Source: Nemertoderma westbladi
Lineage: Eukaryota; Animalia; Xenacoelomorpha
Direction: 5' to 3'
Assembly: GCA_032718475.1 (NCBI GenBank)
Contig: JAUCBJ010007194.1
Span: 1 to 64,000 of the forward strand
DNA length: 64,000 nucleotides
The stretch's first letter is position 1. Each line of letters opens with the position of its first letter. The notes under the pieces are model-generated. The model saw nothing but the letters and a program-made list of their open reading frames with translations, made no database searches and was not told where the DNA came from. Positions 36,810 to 51,000 of this stretch are shown here, piece after piece. Position numbers and translations under genes: made by a program.

Positions 36810-39000
36810 AAATATGCATTTACATAAAAAAATATCGTAAATATAGGAACAATTTGTCCAAATTATTAAGAATTATTGCAGACAAGTCATATTATATGAA
36901 AAATTTAACGAATGCGGTTCTGTCAAGTGCGATATCAATATCAATGTGCGATATGAATCGCACTTGGAATGTAATAAATTCTGTAATTTCCAAAAAACAA
37001 TCTCAATCTCGACCAAACCAATTAAACGTTTACGAGAATGGGTTGAAATCGATCAATGACAATCCTATCTTAATCTCTGATGCTTTTAACAATTTTTTCG
37101 TTGATATTGGGTAGCGTACTACTAGACAATAAGTTACCGAAATTTTGTCCGATAAAGATGATTAAGGGAATTAAATCTCCCTCAAAATCATTTTCCCTGG
37201 TAGACGACACCACGGCAGTTGAGGTGCAATATCATCTTCTCCATTTAGATTAACATTCCTCGTCTAATGATCAACTTCCAATTCGTCTAATAAAAATAGT
37301 TTCTAAAATATTACCTCACCATCTGCGGGACTTAATAAATCTTTCAAGGGAATCTCTTTTTCCAGATGCTCTCAAATTGGCACGAGTTTCATCAATATTT
37401 AAGAGAGGAGATCCCCTCGACCCAGGTAATTATCGACCAATAATATCCTCACAATCAGTCGTTAGCAACATTTACGAGATGATAATAAACAAACAATTAT
37501 CTTCTTTCATCTCTCAAAATAATCTCCTATGTAACCAACAATTTGGTTTTCGCAAGAAGATGAGTACTTTCCACGCCATATTGGCTGTCACAGAACAAAT
37601 CCGTAGACTGTTTAAATTCAAAAGATACCGCATGTGCCATTTTTATGGATGGAAAGGGCATTTGATTCGATTGACCATAATGACTATTTACACCATCGTG
37701 TGCAAAGTAGCACTTTGCAGCGTTATGACCCGAGATTATTTATGTACCGAGCGAGCGCAGCGAGGGAGGTTTACATAAATAAACAAGGGTCTTTAACGAT
37801 GAAAAGTGACCTTTGCAAGCAATGATGTAATGATGTAATTTTTTACATCCTGTCAACTTATCAGCGGTCGGTATGTGAAGAAAGGATTTTATGGATACTC
37901 ATTTATACTCATTTACTATTTAGTATTATAGATACTCATTTAAAGAAATTATAATTTTACGGTGTGCTTGGAAAGCCATTTGCTTTGTTACAAAACTATT
38001 CTTTCTATCGGTGGCATATCATCTGCAGAGCGTACCATAACTACGGGAGTAGCACAGGGGAGCCTCCTTGGACCCCTGTTGTTCCTTCCATATGTTAACG
38101 ACTTATCCTGCGCCACAAAACTGCTTATGCTTACTTTAGCAGACGATGCCAGTTTCATATCAAGAAACTCAAATCTAGATACTTTGTGCTTAGAAACAAA
38201 CAAGGATTTATTAATTTTACAGGATTGGCTACTGGCAGACCGATTAACACTTCAACATAAAAAGACGGAATACATTCCAGCGAAAATACAAAAATGTGAA
38301 AATTAGTGTAGGCAATACCATTCTAAACCAAGTCAATATATTGACTTATTATAATAATAATATAATAATAATAATAGCATAATGAAATAGATTAAATATT
38401 ATTATTAAATATTATTAAATATTATTTATTATTAAATAATGAAATAATGAAATAGCATAATTATATGGCTATAATATCATAAAATATCTTGGAGTTCTAC
38501 TGGATCAAAAGGTAAATTGGAAACCACATATAGACCACATCCTATCAAAAATATAAAAAGTGACAGGAATTTTCTTTAAATTAAGACGGATTTTCACTCA
38601 AAAAGTTTTACGTACACTCTCTATTTCACCCTTGTGCATCCTTATGTAAAATACTGTTTGATAACTTGAGGTTCAGCTTGCAGCACACTAATTGCCAAAG
38701 TTGGAGTAAGAATAGATCTTGCGTTGCATAACGTATTCCGATAGTCAAAGCAGCGCTTTCCTAGCGTCAATTATGTATATATATCATGCATGCGATAATT
38801 CTGGGTTGTCAAGATTCTTCAAACGCTCTTACTTAGCCACACTCATCAAACGAGGTCGGTGTCTGAAAATAAATTTGTTATACATGCAAAAATTTAATCG
38901 TAGGACAGGGATCAATAGCGTATTCTGGGCCAATACTCTGGAACGCAATTCCAAGTGACTTTAATTTAATTCAGTTTACTTAACTTTAATTAAGTGGCTT
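36810..39000 (+). pseudogene. Degenerate CR1/L2-group LINE reverse transcriptase
   Basis: Fragments ARVSSIFKRGD..NYRPI, QQFGFRKKMST, AFDSIDH, GVAQGSLLGPLLF, LADD, KYLGV, with many stops and frameshifts. Confidence 0.85.
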
Positions 39001-39859
39001 TAATTAAAAACCGAAAATAATTTTTAGAAAATTTTAAATCGCATCTTTTTTCAATGAAATTCCCTTTCTTTAATATTCTAATACGGTATGCATGTCTAAA
39101 CAAAACAAATTAAAAAATTTTAAATTAATATTATTATAAATAAATATAACATAAATAGGCATATTAATTATTGATGTTATACACAAATAATTTTGATGAA
39201 AATAAAAATAGCAACATTTTTAAATCATTGGCACATTTCACTAGTTGCATTCGTGTTCCCGATGTTTTCGATCTTGTGCGACATTTCGCAGTGATTTGAC
39301 AGGGTGTGGAGGGTGTTGGGTGGTTCGAGGCGTGCAACGCAGCAACAGTACATGCGGTGACAGCTATCGTCCTTCTCATCAGCAAACAATTCTTACAGAA
39401 AGTCATCTGTCGGTTCCTAATAAACTGCAGAGGATAAGCCTACTTATCACTACATGAGCTGATGAATAGAACCACAGCGGGTTGTTCGTAAATTGGATAT
39501 ACAAATGAGAACATAATATGGTCGAGTTATCGTGGATAATTGCGTGATTAACGATCTCATTTATTTCCATCGTTTTTATAATGATGATGACGCCATTTTC
39601 GTGCGAGTGAGTTACAGTGCGTGGGTGGCACCGGTCAACCCGATGTCGTCATTCATTAATATTTCTTTAATAATGCGTAGAATGTAGAGAAATCTCGGTT
39701 ATAATAGTATTCTAATGTATAAGTGTTGTAAAAATAAATCTGAGTAGATAATAACGAAATAAATTTGATTTTAACGCTTCTAGAACAGTGAAAGGCACTG
39801 CTGGCGAAGTAAAAATGAAGTTATACCAGATCTACTTTCCCGGCAACCAACATATGGAA

Positions 39860-41323
39860 AGGAAACTATGTGTTGACTGTATATTGTATAGACAGCAATG
39901 CAAAGTGGTGGTGGACACAATCATTTCAGCAAAGGAATCTTTTTATAGAAATATTATTAATGAAAATTCAGGAGATCAGAAAACACTGTTTTCTGTGGCA
40001 AACAAAATACTCTACAGACATAACAGCAGCACACTCCCGACTCATGACTCAGACCTTCAGCTGGCAAATATGTTCGCCGACTATTTTGACAAGAAAATTA
40101 ATGATATACGTGAAACTTTAACGACTGAGCAGGTGGTTACTAAAAGTGTGCCTTGTTGTAACCAACGAGGAGACCCGCATCTGCACGTTAACCCACCCTT
40201 TGCCACCTGTGCGCAATCCGATCCACGTGTTGACATTAAGATTCCATTTAGTAAAGGTGGTCCTTTACAACGATTCTCTGAAATCTCACCGGAAACTACT
40301 TAAAACATTTTCGGCCTGTTTCAAATCTATTGTACATCGCTAAACTCTGTGAGAAAGTGGTATCTATCCAACTCACCTGAACTGAAATACTACTACTACT
40401 ACTAGGATCGGCATGCTGCATTGCAGCTGCATTTTTAAGAATGCTGTGCCGGCTTGTCAAAAAAATTGCACCGCCACAACTCCCTATCACCCATGACATT
40501 TGCTAAATCATCCGCATCTTTAAGGCCAGTTTCCTTTAAGATGCGTCTCAAGAAAGTCATGGGCTGTCCACCATGCTTATTCACTCCATGAGGCTGCCAA
40601 AGTACAAGATTATGCACTGGCTGGTCCTCACGGCGAAAGCAATGTCCTGCAAAGCGGAGGCGATTTTGTTCTAGTGTCAAGCTTGGGGGAACCAATGAGA
40701 CACCTCCAATGTTATATAGTGTCTTGTTGGAGATGTGTGCATTGTACTTGACACAATGAACCCGGCGTAGCATTCTTGTGAATGTGCCATCCAGAGATTT
40801 GGTGTCCTCAGCAGTTAGAGCCCAGCATGGACTCCCGTAGAGGAGTACTGGAACTACTGCTGCTCTAAATAATCGGACCTTAAGTTTCCGAATAATTCTC
40901 GGTGACTTCCAAATCCTAGAAAGCCTATTCAAGGACTGAAATGGACTGAAATGGACTTCATGAACCCTTGCAAACTGTTGCACATTCTGGAATTCGAGAT
41001 TGGAGTAACTGGTAATGCCCTAGAATGGTTTATATCATATTTATCCGATCGTACGCAGGAAGTTCGCATTGGTCGATCTTACTCAAAGCGCAAAGCCCTT
41101 AAATATGGCTTGCCCCAAGGCTCCGTTTTGGGGCCGCTTCTATTTAGTATATACACTCGCAGTCTTTCAACTGTTATAAGAAAGCACGGTCTAACCTAAC
41201 ACCTTTACGCAAATGACACACAAATCTATATTGCCTTTAAGCCTGAATGTATAGAATCAGCAGTTGGAGTTACTGAGAATTGTCTACGTGACATAAAGAC
41301 ATGGATGAGGTCTAACCTATTAA
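39860..41323 (+). pseudogene. L2-type LINE, left part (interrupted)
   Basis: AKESFYRNIINENSGDQKTLF, ALEWFISYLSDRTQ, GLPQGSVLGPLLF, YANDTQIY. Reads ...KTWMRSNLL up to a TTAA and resumes LKMNDDKTELL at 58224. Confidence 0.85.
40389..40934 (-). mobile_element. 5'-truncated RTE copy (same family as 10607-12854) inserted in the L2
   Basis: High similarity to 12315-12854, (TAG)n tail, ACTGAAAT target duplication (40381-40388 and 40935-40942). Confidence 0.93.
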
Positions 41324-41473
41324 GGGGGGGGAGAAAATGCGCTACCCCCCGGTAGCGCATTTTCTGACCAAAAAGACGAATTTTTGAAACATATCCTATC
41401 TGATGCAGAATTTCATGCTGAATCCAAATATGGAAACTGTTTTCCCATATCTTATTATTGGACCTACTGATCA

Positions 41474-42710
41474 TGTAAAAGCTTTTGCGTAATTAGCCGG
41501 TTATTATCCCCGTAAAGTACTCTGTGGTTGGTTTACCAGGCATATAAAGGCCGTGTCCTTGCTGTACTGGTGTTTTGGAGGACATAAAAGCCATTTCTTC
41601 TGTATTTGTACTTTAGAGGACATAATCTGTAATTTCGTGACGTAAAAGGCTCGATACTCTTGAAAACAGTGTCGCTACCATGACGACGGCTAACGGCTGA
41701 TATTGCCACGTTGCAACTTTCTGTATCTGCCAATAGGATTTGAGTTAGTTTTGATTTCGACCTATCACAGATCTACTGAACTGAATTTCCTATCTTTATG
41801 CTCATTCTCTGTGGTGGGTGGAAGCCTTTGTAAATAAGGTTATTCTTATCAGTGTTCAGTGTTATGTTTTTGCCCAGAGCCTAAGTACCGGCTTTTGGCA
41901 CCTCCGTGTTTCAGTCTTTAGTCTTACATTAGTAGGCTCAATTATAGAACGTATATCTGTTATCTTACTTAATTATCTTAACTTAACTTAACCACTCACG
42001 AGTTACACAAGTTAGCTCATTCACTTAATAATCATTTATACATTAATATTACTGCTTTTACTGTCGGTCATTCATTATATTGGTTGATGAAATATTATAT
42101 CGGAATACTGATCAATAGTCAGACACCCCACCTTCTTGATATACTAAAGGTTAGAGAGACCGGTTACAGATAAACGATTGCGACCTATGTTGAGTGGTTT
42201 GAAGTGAATCTAATGCTATTTCATATGCCCAACATAAATTGTCTGTTGCTCTCTTTATACGTGACCAAATTTAGTGAAGGTCGGCAGATTAGTGTGCAGT
42301 ATTGTGCAGCATTGTGTATGAGTGTAACTGATAACAAAACATCTCCTAAAGAATGTGCCATATACGTGAATCTATAGCCTTTTCGTTGTGACTAGTTTAA
42401 GTCATAACTCTGTTTATATAAATAGAGCGCCACGTCCTAAAGGAACTGTTAATATTTCCCGAAAGTGAATAATATTTGTCAGAGATTATATATCACGATC
42501 AGTCGAATAATACAGTAGGCTTACACCATCAATCATTAAGCCCCGAACTCAGTCTCCCGGGTATATCCAACGGGTGAATGATTGCGCATAGACTGGCTTC
42601 GGCTAATGTAGTGTATCAAATACTCGTCATAGGCTAAAGACTATCTATCATCCAAAAGACATTCTAATTTTGGCAGGTTAAACTGTCAAAGGTCTTTAAA
42701 AGCGCAAACA
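41474..42710 (+). repeat. 5' LTR of copy B (1237 bp)
   Basis: TGTAAAAGC...GCGCAAACA. About 10 substitutions and two small indels versus the 3' LTR by manual comparison. Confidence 0.97.
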
Positions 42711-42727
42711 ATAACAGATATACTTCT
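42711..42727 (+). promoter_or_regulatory. Putative self-complementary primer-binding site (non-tRNA)
   Basis: ATAACAGATATAC immediately follows the LTR-terminal CA and is the exact reverse complement of GTATATCTGTTAT (41951-41963). Pairing extends through TTCT/AGAA across a 1-nt bulge. Confidence 0.75.
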
Positions 42728-42992
42728 GGATTGCGGTGTAAGCAATCTAGTCGAAAGTACCGGTTGACCGGTAACCAGTAGGCCTGACTGCCTGATCATC
42801 CGGACCGGTACCTACAACAGTACAGGTACAGCAGTATTATTCGATTGTGATCTATTGTATACTGTAGGCTGCCAGGGGAATAGGGATTGATCACCCCTCA
42901 TTCTTTTGTAAAGTTTACTTATTTCTGCAAGTTTTATTTGTTTGTAGGCCAGTATTGAACAGAAGGCGTGTAAACCTGATCAGATTGTACAG

Positions 42993-43565
42993 ACAATTTG
43001 TAGGCTGAGCTGTTGTCTGATTGCTGTTAAGTCTGAACGGATTGCAGTGTGTGTAGATCACCTGTCCGATAAAGAACGGTTAGGAAGTAGGGGCAGCGAA
43101 TGCTGTAAGGTAAACCCCCAATTAAAGAATAAGTCGTACTACTGGGTTAGAACGCATACTACCTAATTATTTCGGAGTCTGCATGTCCTGTAGTTTATTT
43201 AGGCTTGAGAGTAGTCTGCCATCGTTTAGTCTGTACTTTGTTTGGGTAAGTCTGTATGGGTAGCGTATAATTTTATTTAGATAATTTGTAGGCTGGATAG
43301 TTGTCTGGCTGTTATTAGGTCTGAACGGATTGCAGCGTGTGTAGATCACTTGTCCGATAAAGAACGGTTAGGAAGTAGGGGCAGCGAATGCTGTAAGGTA
43401 AACCCCCAACTAAAGAATAAGTCGTACTACTGGGTTAGAACGCATACTACCTAATTATTTCGGAGTCTGCATATACCGTAGTTTGTTTAGGCTTGATAGT
43501 AGTCTGTCAGTGTTCGGTCTGCATTTTGTTTGAGTAGTTTGTACGCGTAGCGTAATATTTATTAT
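42993..43565 (+). repeat. ~288-bp tandem duplication in the BEL 5' leader
   Basis: Two copies of aatttgtaggctg...tctgaacggattgcag...ctacctaattatttcggagtctgcat. Confidence 0.9.
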
Positions 43566-44499
43566 TCAGAGTTTATGCGATTATCCGCAACATTCATTCC
43601 CCAAGTTTGTTCCTACAGTAATTGTGTTTGTTATACATACCGCTATAGTTAAATTAACCCCGGTACTACACAGGCTGCTCGGCGTAGGTAAAGATTGGTG
43701 ATTTTGTGCACCGGTCACTCCAGCAGATACCGTGGTTCTTTTAGCTGTTCAAGTATTTTTAACTACTGATTATTTGTTATACAAGTACTTGTACCTAATT
43801 TAGGGTTTAGTGTACAGTACTTTCCGAAAGTAATTATTGTAGGCATTATATTTGTGTTGTAAAGTGGTTGATAGGCACGTTCGATTAGCTCTATTAACTT
43901 CTAGGTAGGAACACTCCGTGATACATAACGTAGAACCTATAGCGATACGGCTATAGGTCGTCAGGCGGTGGTATTTTCCTATCTGGACAACGCAGTGTAT
44001 TTACTACTACTTATTATTTCAAATACCGTAGTACCCTGTCCGTTGTAATAACCAGATTTCTAACCCTTTGTTAGGCTGGTTTGTAGACTTCTTGTAAAAT
44101 TACCCTAAAAATTCGTATTTTGTGTTTTTTGTAAATTTTTGTGTTTATTTAGAGATTGTAATCTCACCCGAATTGTACGTAATTTGTAGTATTAAGTAAC
44201 TTAGGTAAATTAGCATTAATTGTTTTAGTGTCCTATAAGTAACACTTCACTGAAAGCGCACCGCTTTGTGTAGTGATTACTCCCCAGAAATAATAACATT
44301 TATTTCAACATTGACAAAACCCATTAAAACGGGTATATATATATTATAAATCAACTCAAACGATTTATAAATAGTAGGCCTGCCATACAACAATTAGGTC
44401 TCAATATCAGTTGGACTACTGCTTAAATAACGGCAATAAAGTAAGTTAAAGTAACCAAGTAACCCTTAAAATTCAGAAATTCAGTTATTTAAAATAATT

Positions 44500-44885
44500 G
44501 ATATACCGGTATTTACAATAGGCTTATTATATTTATTTTTATAAATTTTAGGTTGAAATCATACCGGTATTCTGTAATTAATTCTAGTTTGTAATTATAC
44601 TTATATATATATACTATAAGTGTAAACTGCATACCGGTATTTACGATAGGCCTATTATCTTTATTTCTATAAATTTAGGCTGAAATTATACCGGTACTTG
44701 TAATTAATTCTAGTCCAGAACTATATATACTACAAACTGTAAGCTGTATACCGGTATTCCCGATAGGCCTATTATATATTTATATATATTTGTGCTAAAA
44801 TTATACCGGTATTCTGTGATAAACCTAGTCTGTAATAATACTTATATAGTTATATATACTATAAGCATACCGGTATTCTAATATA
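44500..44885 (+). repeat. ATACCGGTAT-anchored loose repeats in the BEL 5' leader
   Basis: About seven copies of the palindrome (A)TACCGGTA(T) in roughly three ~125-bp units. Confidence 0.8.
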
Positions 44886-45011
44886 TTATATATATCACGC
44901 TACACTGAGTAGCAGTATCGGTAATTAATTACTAGGCTAGCAGTTAATACTGAATTACTAGACTTGCTTAGACTGTAATATAGCAGTAGGCATTCAACTG
45001 TACTCACAAAC

Positions 45012-48000
45012 ATGTCTGATACTAAGCCGAACCTGTCAGACAGTTTATTAGATGTAACTATCTGCGACTCAGATAGAGATATAGAACCGTCTAGTCGTAA
45101 GTTCAGTTCACCTCCCACTGTGAGGAAGGTCATCCCTCCAGTAGTAATAACAGAACCTAGGCTGGTCCAACATCGTAGGTCTATCATAGGCACTCGAGCT
45201 CAGGTCAAGCGGGACCAAGAAGCAGCGGAACAGCAACAACCCGCGAGTCAAGAACTTATTCCTCAACGGCCCAGCAGCTCCAGTAGTGAGGATACTGTAG
45301 AGCTGACACCCGAGCGCGGAGCAGAGATGACGGATGTGGTTTACACGGATCCCCTTCTCATCCTTCCTGCAGCCGTACTCACTAGGTTATTGATTGCGGT
45401 GGAAGAACACCAGATCGATTGGGCGAGAAGTCAGCGATCAACTAGAGATAGTTATGCGGGATACACGGGGGAAGAACTGAAGTCTATTGTCGAGTCGCAA
45501 TGGAACTTCCCCGGACCCGGACTCCCGTTTGATTTATCAGAAGCTGCCTGGGAAGTCATACACCGGATGGGAGTAGCCAAGGAAACCATCGATCCAGCTG
45601 TATGGAAGAGGTCCGCAGCCGGATACGCACAAGGATTCTTCAGCTCTATGGAGCGAGTAGAAAAACAACTGTTTAAACAACCTCAAGGACCTCAAGAGCA
45701 GGGACAACTGCTTTATCAAGTTAGAGAAAGAATTCTGCGAATTAGGCTAATCTTATCAGCCTTTGAGGAGGCTTCTAAAAGAAGACAAGACACGGCGTTG
45801 CAAGTTGCCGTAAAGTCTTGGTTTCAACGGGTGAGTCGCTATGTTCAAGGAGCAGCTCAGTGGAAAGCTCAGTTGGAGGAGCGCTCAACCCAAGGAGAAT
45901 CAACGGACGCTACTTCTTCCCAAATGGAAAGTGAAGCGACGGCAGAGAAACCGCATAAGAAGGATGCCATTGACATTTATCTGTCAGACTATCAGCGTTT
46001 TTTAGGTGATGAAGAGTTGAGGAGAAGGTTAGAGGGGCTTAGCCCTAATAGTGAAGGAGCCCAGCGTGTGTTGGATGCAATAGATGTAGATAGGTTAGCG
46101 GCGAACCAAGCTAAATTCGATGAACAACTCCGCATCGCTAGAGAAAAGGAAGAACAAGTAAGGAAAAAACGTATAGAAGACAGAAAGAGAGCAGCCGTGG
46201 CAGAGGCAGAAAGAAAAGCGGCAGCGGCAGAGGCAAAAGCGGCAGCGGCAGAGGCAAAAGCGGCAGCGGCAGAGGCAAAAGAGGCAGCGGTGGCGGAAGC
46301 AGAACGGAGAGCAGCGGAAGAGATCACCCAACTGGAGTTGGAACATCTTCAAGAGAATCAAGACTGCATAAATAAACAGTTGACAGCTAGTAATATGCAG
46401 ATGATGAATCGATCTACTCCCAAAAGACAAGGTTATACATCATCTGAGGAAGGCGATACCACTGATACTGAAGGCAAAGGAAATGGATCTCGTCTAAGCC
46501 GACGTAAAAGAACATTCCACCGTCAGAAATTGCCTGATTTGCCTCCAGCTGTTAGAAGGCAACTAAATAACACCAACTTAGGCAGTACAGAACCCACAGA
46601 CCAAATAATTAAAATAGAAAGACTCCCTACTATAGTAGATGAGCCTGAAATAATTAGGCCTGTTCTCGAAATCACCCCTTCGGTGATGGACACACCTGTA
46701 CTCCCCGAAGTTACCTCTAAATTCCCTCTGCATAGCACTAAGCTACCTGTGCCCCGTAGAACTGCCCAGGAGACAGTTCAGGTCCTGGATCCCGAGCGAA
46801 ATATTCATGATTTGTCGCCCGTTGTCCCTCGTCTGCCCGCTACGACGTTGGCGGATCCCGTTTCGGCGGTTGATTGGGTGGACGAGAGACGACGGGGGAT
46901 GGATCTCCTGCTCGGGCAGATGCAGGAGACTGTTCAGCAATTCAGGGGCACAGTAAGGGAAAGTAGACTAGAGTTGCAAGAAGTGCAGCAAAGTATCACG
47001 CTCGAACGCGATAAATTAGTAAATACACAAAAGGGTATACCACCATCCCCTGTAACAATGTGTCAACCTGTTAGGTCTGAAGTATCTCATGCGCAAGGTG
47101 TGGAGCCTACACGCATATATACTGCTAGCGAAGTAGAAACTCCTATAGTGAACCCTATTAAGGGTAATTATAGACCTGTTGATAATGATATTCCATATAG
47201 AACTGATCATAATCCGAGAAATTTATATACCGATAACTCGATATTAAATAACACGATGGCCCAAGAAAGTTTTACGCGTCAAATGGCTAGAACCGAAGGC
47301 CGGCAAGCGGTGAAGGTGGGAGAGATCGTCAAGTTCAATGGAGATGAGATGAAATGGTTACCTTTTAATGAATATTACAAAGATAACATACAGAACTCTG
47401 TACTATCTAATGGAGAGAAACTTAGATTCCTCATCGAGTGCTTGGAAGGATCTCCCAAGTTAATGGCGTTAAAGTTTATTGGACATCCAGACGGATTAAG
47501 ACAAGTTTGGGACACACTAAACATCAGGTATGGTAATAGGAATAATATCGCTAAGTATTTATATGCAAAATTAGTAGCGCCCAGAAAGTTCATCAGCAGT
47601 GGGATAATAGAGTTTTCCGATGAGATTCAAGAGATCTGTAGACAATTAGATTGGTTAGGTAAGTCTCATGAATACCAAAGTTCTATGGTCATTGGAGCTG
47701 TGGCTTCTACTTTACCGAAAGGTGGGGTAGGCACACGCTGGGATAAGAAAGTACTATATATGATGGAACAACAACGACGAGACCCTACCATGGCTGATCT
47801 CATGTCATTCCTAGATGGAGAAGTGAAATTACAGCTCCTGAAACTGTCTAGAGAGAAGACACCGGAAAACAAGGTAAGTGAAAAACCCGTCTCTAGGAGA
47901 AAGGTAACACCAGTGTGTTATACAGACGACAGCGAAAGCCAGACTTCTCAAGGAGAAGATAGCGGGAAAGACACTGATAGATCTTATTATGTCAATAAAA

Positions 48001-51000
48001 TGCCTAAAGATCAGGTGAGTAAATTCAAGTCTCGAGCAAATGACAGGAGAGAACAGGTAAGAAAAACTCCTCCCACGTCTCCCAAGAGAATTCCGGTGAG
48101 AAAGCCCGAAGAAAAGGCAAGTGTACACAATGTGACTCAAAATAAGGTAAGTAACATCAAACCGAAATGTGTGCTGTGTGACGGGACCCACCGTTTGAAT
48201 ATGTGTGATGAATTCCTGAAGAAGTCATTAACGGAGAGACGCGAAGTCATGTGGGATAAGCGGTTATGTTATAATTGCCTCAGGCAAGGACACCAACGGC
48301 GTACCTGTTTCTCTGACATAAGGTGTGCAAAGTGTGGTGCGAAACATCATATCCTGTTGCACACTGAATTCGAGCGAAATAGTCCAAATCAGGTAAGTGA
48401 TTCCGAGCTACATGTCCAATTCAGTGATGTGAACGACACTGATCAATCTGAGATGGAAGGATTCTACACAGACGAGTTCTCCGACGAAAACGAATCCTGT
48501 TACATGATAAATACCGCAGTGTATCGAGCGCTCAACTATGAAAAGGATACAGACAACGACTTCACTCTAACTACTTCTGAGCGACAACCATCTTGGAAAG
48601 AGCCATCTTCCAATGTAGGGATCCGAGAGTTTCCTGTGGTGCAAGTAAGGGTTCACGGACCTAAGAGGAGTTATGTAGTGAACGCCCTCCTTGACTCCGG
48701 TAGTACAGGAACATTCATCGACAAAGAGCTAGCCGAAGATATATTTGCTGGACAACTCAAGTTCCAAACTAAGCTCAACATGTCCGGCATTATGCAAGTT
48801 TGGAAATCTACAATCACAGCGGATTATTATGTAGGAGCGTTGTCCACCCCCCAGGACGAACTAGGAGAACATAGCATAAGGTCAGTGAAAATGGTGGCTA
48901 TAAAGAACTTCGCTACTACTCAAGCAGACCTTTATAATTGGGACGAGGATGAGAGCATCCAACATCTTAACATACCTCGATTCCAGACTGATTATCCTGG
49001 AGTGCAAATACTCATCGGCCAAAACGCGCATGAGGCGCTGGAGACATTAGAGAAACGGCCTGCTCAACCTCAGCCCCTACAGACCTATGCGGTAAGAACT
49101 AGAGTAGGTTGGTACTTTACTGGCCCTTCCCGTAGAACACTCAGAGAAAGACTACCGCAAGAGAGAGTCTGCCAGGTGAGTGAATGGGAAGATGATGCTA
49201 GTGAGGGAGACGATTCAACTGAGGGAATTCCATACTCCTCAGATAACGACGACGTTCACCAGCTTTTTGATGAAGAGAATACCATCGATCTCCTTAAGGA
49301 AAACGAGGCTTGGCAAAACCAAGTTAACTTATGTCAACTTCTCTATCCATCTGAACGAGAAGCTTATAACGACGAGTTAAATGACGTCATTGAGCGTCAT
49401 AATGCCAAGACTCGGGATGAACATGCCGTACGATTCTTTACGCAAGAGGCGGTAGAGCCCAATTCCTACGATAAAGCCTTGTCGGTGGAAGAGGAAAGGG
49501 CCAAGTAGATCCAAGAGACAACTACACGTTTCCTCAAAGATCAAGGTAGGTATGAAGTCGGTCTACCTTTCCGCAAGAAAGAACCGAAGTTCATCAATAA
49601 CAGACCTTTGGTGGAAAAAAGAATCGCGCAACTCCATCGACGCCTTACGGCTAATTCTTCAGCTAAAGCAATGTATCAAACACAGCTGGAAAAATTTATT
49701 AGTAAGGGATACGCGGAGAGAGTACCGGAAGAAACACCTGTGACAGAAAGAACGTATTACTTAACTCACCATTACGTTCCTAAACCCGGTAAGCCACACG
49801 AAGTGAGAGTAGTGTTTGATGGCTCCGCTCTTTACATGGGTCAATCCCTTAACTCTGAATTGTTACCCGGACCCAACTTACTTCAATCTTTGTTGGGAAT
49901 TCTTTTAAGATTGAGACAATATTCGATTGCTTTCGCCTCCGATATAGAAGGCATGTTCTTACAAGTCAAGGTGCTAGATAGGGATCGAGATAGTCTAAGA
50001 TTTCTGTGGTGGCCCGAAGGAGACCTCAACCAGAAACCGGTGGAGTACTGGATGACCATCCAGGCCTTTGGGATAATCTCAAGCCCTTCCAACGCCTGTT
50101 CGGTAGTGCGTACCACTGCAGAAGACAACCGAGAGGCCTTCTCTAAGGAAGTGATCGACAACATCAAGCGGGACATATACATGGACGACAATCTGAAGTC
50201 CCTGCCATCAGTTGAGGAAGCCATTGAGGTCGCTAAAGGAACGGTAGAGAGCTTAAAAAGAGGTGGGTTTCGATTAACGAAATTCACCAGCAACTCCCGT
50301 GAGTTTCTGGAGTCGATCCCTGCGGAAGATCGAGGAGCGAAAGATCTCGATTTGATCAAAGATGATCTGCCAGAAACCAAGACACTCAGCTTGAAATGGG
50401 ACACAGAGAGAGATATCCTGTTTTTCCAACTAAAACAGCGAGATAATCCAGTTCGAACCAAACGGATTTGTTTAAGTATACTGAGCACTTATTTCGATCC
50501 ATTGGGATTTATTAGCCCAGTTATATTGATTGCTCGTAGTTTGGTACAACAAATGTGGCTTGAAAACCACTCATGGGACGATCCACTTAAGGGAGAATTA
50601 TTAAAGAAGTGGATGAAATGGGAAGATTCTCTGCCAGCTATCGAGGATTTTATAATTTCCCGTTCATATTTTGGTCATGTTCTCCCTACGTATTCCTATC
50701 AACTCCATGTGTTTGGAGACGCCAGCGATATGGGAATAGGTATAGTAGCCTACCTAAGAGTGGAAACTCCGGATGGAATCAAAGTCGCCTTGGTTACTTC
50801 TAAGGCATTAATCAACAACAAGTTGAAAGTTCCTCGAGCGGAGTTAAAAGCTGCTCTATACGCTACAGCCATCGGCCGGAATGTAACAGAACAGATTGAC
50901 TATCCATTAGAGAAAACTGTCTATTGGACCGACGCTTTACTCGTGTTAGAGTATATAACCAATGAAGTCTGTCAGTTCAGCGTCTTCGTTACCAACAGAG

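Noticed and set aside
39455-39500. CTGATGA followed by a gaaccac/gttgttc stem, possibly a Penelope-type hammerhead
   Set aside because: GAAA is replaced by GTAAA and stems I/III were not found. At most a decayed relic.
42727-42745. TGGATTGCGGTGTAAGC as a tRNA primer-binding site
   Set aside because: It starts 16 nt from the LTR and I recognise no matching tRNA 3' end. Not formally excluded without the host tRNA set.
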